Source: an uncultured Bacteroidaceae bacterium
Lineage (GTDB): Bacteria > Bacteroidota > Bacteroidia > Bacteroidales > GCA-2748055
Length of the DNA: 64,000 nucleotides
Assembly (NCBI GenBank): GCA_964538375.1
Contig: CAZIFQ010000001.1
Location: 35,463-99,462, forward strand
Direction of reading: 5' to 3'
The notes below the pieces were generated by a model. It ran no database searches. It saw only the letters and a list, made by a program, of their open reading frames with translations, and was not told the origin of the DNA. Numbering within the stretch: the stretch's first letter is position 1; the number at the start of each line of letters is the position of its first letter. Positions 40,540 through 48,348 of the stretch are shown here, one piece after another. Both the position numbers and the translations under genes were made by a program.

Positions 40540-41256
40540 ATGAGAAGAAGAATACATTTGTTAGTATCCATACCTGTCTTTATTATTCTATATTCTTACA
40601 CGGTACTCACTGTGGTACTTATTATTATCTTCTCTCTCTTTAAATTGAAACGCGTAGTTTACGCCCTTCTTTATGTCTGGGCCAATGCTGTTTTTCTTAT
40701 GATGGGAAAAAGAGTGCGTATAGAGGGACGACAACATATAGTGAAGAAAAAGAAGTATATTCTTATTGCCAATCATACCAGCATGTTTGATATAATGGCC
40801 ATCATGTCATTTAAACCCGGAGTAAGCTGGTTTGGTAAGGAAAATTTAACAAAGATCCCGCTATTTGGGACCATGTTGAAAATGGTCGATTATATTCCCA
40901 TGAAACTGGCAACAGTGAAGAATACACGGCTTATGCTGGAACATCTTGTACACAATGCTGCTGATAAAACGGTTGCCATCTTCCCGGAAGGAACACGCAC
41001 TAAAGATGGTAAAATGAATCCCTTTTACCGAGGATTTATATATTTACTAAAAGCAACAGAAACTGATATTCTCCCTGTTACACTGAATGGATTTTACAGT
41101 CTTAAACCCAAGAACAGGTTCTCGATTAATTTCAGATCAAAATTAGAAGTGATAATTCACGAGCCAATAAGCAGCGAAAGCTTGCTTCAACTGGAGGATA
41201 AAAAAATTATTGATAAAGTAAAAACTGTAATAGAATCTGCATCGAAAGAAACGTAG
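40540..41256 (+). CDS. plsC: 1-acyl-sn-glycerol-3-phosphate acyltransferase family protein
   Basis: 238 aa with the motifs ANHTSMFD (HX4D) and FPEGTRTKDG. Confidence 0.85.
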   Translation: MRRRIHLLVSIPVFIILYSYTVLTVVLIIIFSLFKLKRVVYALLYVWANAVFLMMGKRVRIEGRQHIVKKKKYILIANHTSMFDIMAIMSFKPGVSWFGKENLTKIPLFGTMLKMVDYIPMKLATVKNTRLMLEHLVHNAADKTVAIFPEGTRTKDGKMNPFYRGFIYLLKATETDILPVTLNGFYSLKPKNRFSINFRSKLEVIIHEPISSESLLQLEDKKIIDKVKTVIESASKET

Positions 41257-41289
41257 TCGTTGAAGAGAGTTGCACCAAGCTAAACACAT

Positions 41290-42228
41290 ATGACCAAAAC
41301 AAAAAAATGGGTTTTCATCGTAAACCCAATTGCAGGGAATAACTTTGGTATTACCCAGGTTCCTGTTCTAAAGGAGAAAATCGAGCAATACAAGATCGAT
41401 GGTGAAATTGTTATGACCGAAAGACACGGTCATGCTTCAGAAATCACTGAAGAATACCATAAAAAAGGGTTTGACTATTTCATTGCAGTTGGCGGTGACG
41501 GTACCACTCATGAAGTTGGTAGAGTCCTTGTGGGCAAGAAGAATTTTGTTTTTGGCGTTGTCCCTTCTGGCACGGGTAACGATTTCAATCAGATCCTTGG
41601 TTTTCCCAATAGGTTTGAAGAGAAGCATTGGGAAATATTTTTCCAGCAACATATCATTCATATGGATTATGGAAAATGTAATGGGATGCCTTTCATGAAT
41701 GGAATAGGTCTTGGTTTTGATGCAGAGGTAGCTGCGAAAAACTACGTTGAGCCAGGTGGTAAAACAGTGATGGGAGGAAAAGGAAAATATATCAAAGTGA
41801 TTCTCAGCACTCTTTTCTTTTTCAAAGAATATAATGTAACCATTACCAACGATGGGAAAACAGAAGATTCTTTATGTTTTATTAATACAATCTCCATCGG
41901 ACGACGCTACGCCGGGGGCTTCTACCTCACACCTCTTGCCATTGCAAATGATGGCCTGCTGGATGTATGCATGATCAAGAAGCTGGGCCTTCTAAAACGT
42001 CTTGATATATTATTGAAAGTTTCCAAGGGGAAGCATACGACTGATAAAAAGGTAAAATATTACAGAACCAAAAAGCTTACCGTTGACTTTCATCAGAAAG
42101 TTCCTTTCCATGCAGATGGAGAAGTGTTTTATGATACTAAATTTGATGTGGAAGTTTTCCCCGGACAACTACCCATAATTTATAATCCGGAAGGAAACCA
42201 TTATTTCGATATTGACCTAAAAAAATAG
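41290..42228 (+). CDS. diacylglycerol kinase family lipid kinase (YegS/BmrU-like)
   Basis: 312 aa. FIVNPIAGN...AVGGDGTTHEV...PSGTGNDF. Confidence 0.85.
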   Translation: MTKTKKWVFIVNPIAGNNFGITQVPVLKEKIEQYKIDGEIVMTERHGHASEITEEYHKKGFDYFIAVGGDGTTHEVGRVLVGKKNFVFGVVPSGTGNDFNQILGFPNRFEEKHWEIFFQQHIIHMDYGKCNGMPFMNGIGLGFDAEVAAKNYVEPGGKTVMGGKGKYIKVILSTLFFFKEYNVTITNDGKTEDSLCFINTISIGRRYAGGFYLTPLAIANDGLLDVCMIKKLGLLKRLDILLKVSKGKHTTDKKVKYYRTKKLTVDFHQKVPFHADGEVFYDTKFDVEVFPGQLPIIYNPEGNHYFDIDLKK

Positions 42229-42235
42229 TAGAACA

Positions 42236-42892
42236 GTGGAAAGTAAATTTTCATACATAGCCGCCTTTGATCTTGACAAAACTATTATCTCTGTTAACAG
42301 CAGCCGATTCATCGTTAAAGCAGCACGCAGAACGGGCCTCATGAACAAAAAAGATTATTTTAAAGCTATTTTGTTCTCAATAAAATACAAGTTTGACCTG
42401 AAAGATGCCAATAAGATCGTTGAAGAAATGACCAGGTGGTTAGTAGGTATGAAGGAAACTGATATCATACAACTAGTAAATGATCATGTGATCAGTGAAG
42501 TAAAAAATTTGGTTCGCCCGGAAATCAGGAAAGAATTTGAGGAACACAGAAAGCAGGGAGGCCGTTTAGTATTGCTCTCTTCTGCCATGTCTTATATATG
42601 TGAGCCAATGGCCAAATTTCTTCAAATGGATGATGTCATATCATCCAAATTGGAAGTTTCGGACGGAGAATTAACAGGCGTGCCTATTGGAAATCTGAAT
42701 TTTGGAACACAAAAAGCTGTAACCATGACGCAGTTTTGTGATGATAATGGATATACTCTTGAGAAGGCATACTATTATGGAGATGCCTATACAGATCGTT
42801 TCGTTCTGGATGCAGTTGGACATGCAGTTTGCGTGAAGCCGGAAATTAAACTAAGGAGAATGGCCCGTCGCAAGGGCTGGAGGGTTATTTAG
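42236..42892 (+). CDS. HAD-IB family hydrolase (SerB-like)
   Basis: 218 aa with a GTG start, the motif FDLDKTII, a later LLSSAM and YGDAYTDRFVL. Confidence 0.75.
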   Translation: MESKFSYIAAFDLDKTIISVNSSRFIVKAARRTGLMNKKDYFKAILFSIKYKFDLKDANKIVEEMTRWLVGMKETDIIQLVNDHVISEVKNLVRPEIRKEFEEHRKQGGRLVLLSSAMSYICEPMAKFLQMDDVISSKLEVSDGELTGVPIGNLNFGTQKAVTMTQFCDDNGYTLEKAYYYGDAYTDRFVLDAVGHAVCVKPEIKLRRMARRKGWRVI

Positions 42893-42910
42893 GAGTGAGC
42901 AGTGGGGAAA

Positions 42911-42945
42911 ATAAAGAAAGCCGGGCTTCCAATGGTGAGCCCGGG
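42911..42945 (-). terminator. hairpin terminator between convergent genes
   Basis: Stem CCGGGCT/AGCCCGG (42921-42927 / 42938-42944). On the minus strand it is followed by a T-rich run. Confidence 0.5.
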
Positions 42946-42960
42946 GTTATCGGAGTTTGA

Positions 42961-43494
42961 TTATAATCCGAGCACTTTCGCATCTACATGAACTTCCATA
43001 TTCATAGCAATATCATGTTGCACAAGGACAGTTTCATCTGTACCGAAACTGAAGCGAAGGCTAAAACCATCTAATTTAATATACTCCTGTATATCCACTG
43101 CTGTTGTTTCCAGATTCAGAACAGCTCCAACATCTTCGGCAACGGCAGTATTGAAGGCCAATTGTAATTCTTCCTGACCTGCAGCATTAATAAATATTTC
43201 CATTGAGGATAAAAATCCAAAATCTCCATCAACCGGCTCTGTCAGTGTTAATGACAAAGAGGTAAGTGTGATTTCATCAATCAGGTCAAGCTCTGTATTA
43301 AAATTTCCCATCGCATCAGCAATTCCTGTATTGATGGTAGGCGTTTCAACGATCAAGGTAGAATCTGATGCTCCGATTAGGGGAACACTGAATGAGGTTT
43401 CATATGGCAAATCAAATTGCGTAAGCTCACTCAATAAATCACAACTGCTTAAAAAAACAAGCGTAATTAAAATCAATAGCGGGGTCTTTTTCAT
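42961..43494 (-). CDS. hypothetical lipoprotein
   Basis: 177 aa with a lipobox-like LVFLSSC and an acidic beta-rich body. No family recognised. Confidence 0.5.
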   Translation of the reverse strand: MKKTPLLILITLVFLSSCDLLSELTQFDLPYETSFSVPLIGASDSTLIVETPTINTGIADAMGNFNTELDLIDEITLTSLSLTLTEPVDGDFGFLSSMEIFINAAGQEELQLAFNTAVAEDVGAVLNLETTAVDIQEYIKLDGFSLRFSFGTDETVLVQHDIAMNMEVHVDAKVLGL

Positions 43495-43572
43495 AATTTA
43501 TATTTTCTGGGATTAATAGTTCGCAATTAACAAATATATAACACCAATGTTTGTGATAAAGTTGCCTGGAGC

Positions 43573-43604
43573 AAAAAGAAAAGCAGTCAACTACCCTGAC
43601 TGTT
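43573..43604 (-). terminator. rho-independent terminator after the SDR gene
   Basis: Stem CAGTCA/TGACTG with extension. On the minus strand it is followed by a T-rich tract (plus-strand AAAAAGAAAA). Confidence 0.5.
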
Positions 43605-43618
43605 GTCTCTATTTGGCA

Positions 43619-44386
43619 CTAAGAGAACATCATTCTTATGATTTTAATAGTCAAAGGTCCGCCGGATAAATAGGATATTTTGTCATAATTCTTTGTACTC
43701 TTCAACATTCCTTTTACCAGGAACTTTGTCACAACATCAACATCTTCCGCCAGTATTCTATAGACTTTCTCAAATTGCTTCTTCTCTTCAGGACTACTAA
43801 ACTGCATCGATTGATCCAGGAACGCTGTTCTTACCATTCCGGGACTAATGACTCCAATTTGAATTGCACTTTTTTTCACCTCTTTTGCAAGAGATTTAGT
43901 GAAATAATTTACCGCTCGCTTTGATGTTCCATAAAGGGTAAGGTTCTGCCTCATTCTGCCATCACTTCCAAAGCCCTCCATGTTGAAGATTTTACCTGAG
44001 CCCTGCTTCAACATATAATTGGCAGCTACACTGGTTCCAATCATCAGCCCGTAGATATTGGTATCTATGAGACTTTTAATGTCCTTTTTATCAAGATCCG
44101 TAAAGGACATGTGAGGGTTAGGAATACCTGCATTATTAATATAGATATCAACCTTCCCGTATGATTTTACTGCCAGGTCGATGAGCATTTGATGAGTTTT
44201 GCTCTCCTCAGCGCTTCCTGCCAGGCCGACAACTTTCCAGCCATCTTTGCTTAAGGTATTCACTACTTCTTTAACCTTTTCCGTGTTTCTGCCATTGATC
44301 ACCACCTGGTGGCCATGCTCCAGGAACTCCGTTGCCAATTCCAAACCAATCCCCCGTGTGCTGCCTGTAATTATTATCGTACTCAT
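43619..44386 (-). CDS. SDR family oxidoreductase
   Basis: 255 aa. TGSTRGIG (TGxxxGxG), NNAG and YGTSK (YxxxK). Confidence 0.85.
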   Translation of the reverse strand: MSTIIITGSTRGIGLELATEFLEHGHQVVINGRNTEKVKEVVNTLSKDGWKVVGLAGSAEESKTHQMLIDLAVKSYGKVDIYINNAGIPNPHMSFTDLDKKDIKSLIDTNIYGLMIGTSVAANYMLKQGSGKIFNMEGFGSDGRMRQNLTLYGTSKRAVNYFTKSLAKEVKKSAIQIGVISPGMVRTAFLDQSMQFSSPEEKKQFEKVYRILAEDVDVVTKFLVKGMLKSTKNYDKISYLSGGPLTIKIIRMMFS

Positions 44387-44457
44387 GCTTAAAAATTAAT
44401 TTATAGTTTAAAAAAGCGCCCTGCAAGCTTTTCGAAAATATCAAACCCGTCACTTTT

Positions 44458-44484
44458 ACTCCAAGTATCAGGACCATAAACCTG
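44458..44484. repeat. degenerate direct copy of the tRNA-Arg 3' end (possible relic att site)
   Basis: ACTCCAAGTATCAGGACCATAAACCTG compared with the plus-strand tRNA segment GCTCCAACAGGACTCGAACCTG (47607-47628). The blocks CTCCAA, CAGGAC and AACCTG occur in the same order and orientation. Confidence 0.3.
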
Positions 44485-44623
44485 AAATTATAGGATGAAA
44501 AGATGGGGCGCCTGATCAGTATCAGGCAGTTTAGGAAAATGAGGATTACTTAACTTCGAGAAAAAGGGTGTTTTCAAAATTTTAATTTGGGATTTCAATT
44601 CATTAATAGTTTTTAACTCCTTT

Positions 44624-46537
44624 TTACTTCAGATGAGCAGTTTTTGAAGAGCTGGATTTCGCATAATAGCTAATTTTGAAATCATCGAAATACGAACTAT
44701 CGCTAGAACTAAAAAGTGTATAAATTCTTAATTCAGTATCTGTTATGTTTTCGGGCACGAAAAACTCGGTTTTAAGCATCCTCCATCCATCATTTGTTTC
44801 ATTATATCCGGTGGAGCATTTATGGTAAAAACCTCCTTTGGTAAATTCATTAATCACTATTGTCCCTAATTCGCCATGCATCCAAACCGATACTTCTATT
44901 TTATCGCCTTTATTAGCTTTTTTAATAATATGAGTGAATGCATAATTTTTGTTTTTGGTTAACTTTATTGAATGAGAACCGGAAAAAGCTTTCTCTGTTG
45001 TGGGTGCTGTTAAATTTAAACCTGCAACAGTATCGTTATTTATAATAGCATATTTCTTATCAATATTTACTTGTTCGTTATCATAAAATAATTCCCATTT
45101 TTTTGTTAGTTCGTAATTGTAGTAAAATCTGTTATATAAAATACGAGCTACAAAGAAACCTGAGAAAAGGCAAGCAACAATAGCTATGTTTCTTATATAT
45201 CGTTGAGGTACATTAATAAACTTATTATTAAGTAATAAAAATATTAAGGGGAATATTGGTATAAAATATCTTCCTAGCAATGGGTAAACTCTATTGCTAC
45301 CAACAATATCCCATGTAAGGTATTGTGAAATCATTATTAAACCTAAAAGCACCAAGGAAGTAAATAAAATAATAGATTTCTGAACGATGCTAAGTTTAAA
45401 ATCTTGGTAGTTTCCTCCAATTGCAATTAGGAATATAATAATGTAATTAAAGACCAGAAACCACTTTGGTAATTTTGTGTCGCCCCAACCTAATACTCCA
45501 ATATAGCTTTCGGTCATGTTTTCAAATTCATTGAAAAACGATTTAACAAAAACTTTTCCGACCAGTAGTTTATTTTCTTTTATATAAGAAATCTGATCAT
45601 GCATATTCGCCTTATATCCAACCAGAGCACTATTAATGTATTTTGGGTTGTATTCATTATAAGGAGTATATAGCTTATTAATACTTTTGTTATTTACTAA
45701 TGAAGCACCAAAACCCACAATTAGTAATGTCCCAAAAACAATAAAGTATTTTTTAATTGAATTAAATTTTGAGAAAGGAATAATTAGAAATATTCCTATT
45801 AATACGGTATATATTATTTTGGCAAAACCTAATGATAAAATTAAAATTGCTAAAATCAACACATCGAATGTGCGAACCTTATCCTTAGTATAGGTTGCCT
45901 TTAATAGAAAAGAAATCAATAGAAATGACAATGCATTTGTCATCATATCGGCACTTAAGGATGAATTTGTTGCTATAGACATTGGTAATAGCGCTAGAAA
46001 AACAAAAAGCCATTTGTGTAAGGGTGTTACTTTAATTGCTAAGTATACCATACTAATCCAAAAAAGAAGAGAGACCAGTCTTGCTATATACAACAAGTAG
46101 TAAGGGGGAGTATTAAATATCCGAAGAAAAAATATTGCTATTGACTGAGGTAAATAGGATATTGGTGAATAAAGAGCTGTATTAGGAAAGTCGATGAAGA
46201 TTTTATGATTAGGATTTAATGCAATTTCTTTTGATTCTTGGATGTGTTTTTTACTAATCCGACTAAATTGATTAAGTGAAAATACTTTGTAGTGTACAGC
46301 AAATTCTTTTAAACTTTCAGGAATATATCCGCCAAGCCGGGAGTTTTCTTTTTCCGCCTTAAAATTGCCTTCTGATATTTGATAAGCCCTATATAAATGA
46401 TTGGTTTCGTCAGCTACCTGAAGCGGAGGTGTAATAAACATTATTAATGGCCCGAAAAACAGGGCTAATATTAAAAATATTTGATGAGGTGGTAAATTTA
46501 TACTTTTCTCAAGTATCCGTTTTGCTTTAGAATACAT
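44624..46537 (-). CDS. DUF2142-family polytopic membrane protein (GT-C-like) with C-terminal CBM_4_9-like module
   Basis: 637 aa. The N-terminus is PPLQVADETNHLYRAYQISEG (DUF2142-like) followed by many TM helices. The last ~150 aa are soluble and end ...TELRIYTLFSSSDSSYFDDFKISY. Confidence 0.7.
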   Translation of the reverse strand: MYSKAKRILEKSINLPPHQIFLILALFFGPLIMFITPPLQVADETNHLYRAYQISEGNFKAEKENSRLGGYIPESLKEFAVHYKVFSLNQFSRISKKHIQESKEIALNPNHKIFIDFPNTALYSPISYLPQSIAIFFLRIFNTPPYYLLYIARLVSLLFWISMVYLAIKVTPLHKWLFVFLALLPMSIATNSSLSADMMTNALSFLLISFLLKATYTKDKVRTFDVLILAILILSLGFAKIIYTVLIGIFLIIPFSKFNSIKKYFIVFGTLLIVGFGASLVNNKSINKLYTPYNEYNPKYINSALVGYKANMHDQISYIKENKLLVGKVFVKSFFNEFENMTESYIGVLGWGDTKLPKWFLVFNYIIIFLIAIGGNYQDFKLSIVQKSIILFTSLVLLGLIMISQYLTWDIVGSNRVYPLLGRYFIPIFPLIFLLLNNKFINVPQRYIRNIAIVACLFSGFFVARILYNRFYYNYELTKKWELFYDNEQVNIDKKYAIINNDTVAGLNLTAPTTEKAFSGSHSIKLTKNKNYAFTHIIKKANKGDKIEVSVWMHGELGTIVINEFTKGGFYHKCSTGYNETNDGWRMLKTEFFVPENITDTELRIYTLFSSSDSSYFDDFKISYYAKSSSSKTAHLK

Positions 46538-46733
46538 TTATTAGAAATGGAGTTTGATAATATGATGCAATATAAACTATTTTCCAAAGAGTGAATTCTT
46601 CGATTTAAATGTTTGAATGTATTATGTGTATTTTAAAACTTCTACTGGAATTTCGCTACCACAGGGTTAATTTATCAGAACGGAATTTGTATTTAAAACC
46701 ATTCCCACATCCTCTCTATCACCCAAACAATAA

Positions 46734-46991
46734 GATTTTAAAAGATGTAAAATCAATTCAGAGGAGCAAAAAGAGATCTTCCCCATTGATAACAAATTTG
46801 ATGAGGAAAGAAACGTAATACGAGAAGGATTACACAGTATTTCAGACAGGATACTGAGGTATGAGATAAGCTATAAAAATCAATATATCAGACATGTTTA
46901 CAAAAAGCACTTCTTTGCGAAAAACTGTGAAATACTTCAAAATTTAAAAGAAAAACATAAGGAAGTCAAAAAGGTATATGATAAATGTTAG
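46734..46991 (+). pseudogene. start-less 85-codon gene fragment ending at TAG, in frame with the downstream ORF
   Basis: Frame 3 is open from just after the TAA at 46731 to the TAG at 46989, which is unusual for such AT-rich DNA. It contains no ATG, GTG or TTG. It reads ...EGLHSISDRILRYEISYKNQYIRHVYKKHFF... and is possibly replication-initiator-like, which is a very tentative reading. Confidence 0.35.
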
Positions 46992-47105
46992 AGAGATGCT
47001 AAAAAGGAATTAACTGTTGATTACCTCGACCCTAAAGAAGAAGAAAGCAGCAAAACGAATATACTTTACGGGCCAGAAGAGTTATCGATTAAGTTTAGTA
47101 AAACT

Positions 47106-47531
47106 ATGCAGATAAATTTTCTCACTAATGAAAGACAGACTCGACTAACTTTAAAAGCTAGGATAAATTATAATCATGAGGATGGATCGGCACCTCTCAT
47201 GACAATCAAAGTCAATGACATACCTATCACAGCAGACAATCTAAAAAATAAACCTCCAACAAAGTACTACAAGGGTGGGAGAAAATTTCCTTGGTATGAT
47301 GCAAAATTTAATGGTTGGAACATACAATATAGTCCAGATTTTTTCTCAAATTATTTACATAAATATTACAGTGTGATAAATGGAGATCCATACTTATTTA
47401 CATTTAACATAGAACATATTAAGCCAATTGAGGAAAATAGATATATGATGGAGATAAGTCATAAGGGCTTAGAAGGCAAAGAAGCATGGAAAAATGATAT
47501 TATCATAAAGGAAATTGAAATGTTTGAATAA
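47106..47531 (+). CDS. hypothetical protein (141 aa), no recognisable family
   Basis: The ORF is followed by a strong hairpin. The same frame stays open upstream to the TAG at 46989, so it may be the tail of a decayed longer gene. Confidence 0.4.
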   Translation: MQINFLTNERQTRLTLKARINYNHEDGSAPLMTIKVNDIPITADNLKNKPPTKYYKGGRKFPWYDAKFNGWNIQYSPDFFSNYLHKYYSVINGDPYLFTFNIEHIKPIEENRYMMEISHKGLEGKEAWKNDIIIKEIEMFE

Positions 47532-47565
47532 ACTTTTTGACACCATATTTGACACCACCAAAAAG

Positions 47566-47592
47566 GAAACCCGCTGAATATCAGCGGGTTTC
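47566..47592. terminator. bidirectional rho-independent terminator (11-bp perfect stem)
   Basis: GAAACCCGCTG-AATAT-CAGCGGGTTTC. T5 follows on the minus strand (after tRNA-Arg) and a T-rich tract follows on the plus strand. Confidence 0.7.
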
Positions 47593-47601
47593 TTGTTGTT
47601 A

Positions 47602-47676
47602 TGGTAGCTCCAACAGGACTCGAACCTGTATCTACGGTTTAGGAAACCGCTATTCTATCCCTTGAACTATGGAGCC
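47602..47676 (-). tRNA. tRNA-Arg (anticodon CCT), CCA encoded
   Basis: Hand-folded 75 nt. Acceptor GGCTCCA/TGGAGCT, anticodon stem GCGGT/ACCGT with loop TTCCTAA, T arm ACAGG-TTCGAGT-CCTGT, discriminator A plus CCA. Confidence 0.9.
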
Positions 47677-47865
47677 GTTTTCGGGATGCAAATATAGAGC
47701 AAATTTGAATTTGAGACAAATGTAATAGCTGTAGAGTAAGAAGTTTCCAAAAACTACCTGGTACTTCAAATGAGCTGGAAGGTATTAAAAATAGGATTTT
47801 AATATATCGTAACGGTTCTGTATGTGTGGGGGCTAGTGCCCCCATCTTACAATGATGTATGGTCC

Positions 47866-48267
47866 TTATTCCTCTCCGGGCCTGCTCCTGCCCCTTTTTC
47901 TTTCTCCCCTCACCTTCTTCGCCTTCAATCGCCTTTCTATGGATGCTTTGGAGGGCTTGGTTTTATGTCGTTTTTTTGGTGGTTTTCTTAGTTTTTCAAT
48001 CAGCTCCAAAAACCGCTCAGTAACCTCCTCCTTGTTTTGCACCTGGGACCGGCCACTCTGACAACTCAATAACAATTCGCTTTCACCTGTCAACCTTGAC
48101 CTGAGCCGGCGTCTTACCAATACCTTCTCTTCCCCAGTCAATGCCGTCGTTTCTTCAAGCCGCCACTGCAGTGTCACCCTCGACTCCGTTTTATTTACAT
48201 GCTGTCCACCCGGACCAGAGGAACGGGAAGTAGTGAACGTGATTTCTTTAAGGAGTTGATCTTTCAT
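47866..48267 (-). CDS. arfB: alternative ribosome rescue factor ArfB (peptidyl-tRNA hydrolase, RF-1 domain)
   Basis: 133 aa with the GGQ motif SGPGGQHVNKTESRV and a basic C-terminal tail. Confidence 0.85.
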   Translation of the reverse strand: MKDQLLKEITFTTSRSSGPGGQHVNKTESRVTLQWRLEETTALTGEEKVLVRRRLRSRLTGESELLLSCQSGRSQVQNKEEVTERFLELIEKLRKPPKKRHKTKPSKASIERRLKAKKVRGERKRGRSRPGEE

Positions 48268-48348
48268 ACAATAAAAATATCATTGCTTCCCTGGCGCTCC
48301 GCAGGAGCCCCTAGCACAAGTTGAAGCAAAATTACTAAGAGCTTCACA

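Larger units (their letters stand above)
44485..47601. mobile_element. putative degraded tRNA-Arg-associated genomic islet (no integrase present)
   Basis: The segment is visibly AT-richer than its flanks and directly abuts the 3' end of tRNA-Arg. It contains an accessory GT-C-like gene, a start-less gene fragment and an orphan ORF. The far boundary is the att-like relic. Confidence 0.3.

Noticed and set aside
46617-46733. MYYVYFKTSTG... start resembling the GIY-YIG N-terminus (MYYVYILYS at 17203), lying in the same frame as the downstream fragment
   Set aside because: Only five residues match. The stretch has two stops within 38 codons, which is about what chance predicts in AT-rich DNA. That is not enough to call a GIY-YIG relic or to extend the pseudogene.
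46609-46818. 69-aa ORF in the islet
   Set aside because: It has no recognisable features, and it overlaps a different frame that stays open much longer (46734-46988). It is probably non-coding.
46989-46991. In-frame TAG as a sign of stop-codon reassignment (as in some recoded phages)
   Set aside because: It is a single event, the upstream part lacks any start codon, and the surrounding genes use standard stops normally. A nonsense mutation or an adjacent-gene coincidence is far more likely.
47677-47865. Possible ncRNA, or ORFs 47639-47845 and 47852-48061, between tRNA-Arg and arfB. The region includes the hairpin TGGGGGC-TAGT-GCCCCCA.
   Set aside because: The ORFs overlap the tRNA or arfB and have implausible translations. 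The hairpin is most simply the arfB terminator, although it lacks a T-tract. I could not recognise any conserved ncRNA motif.
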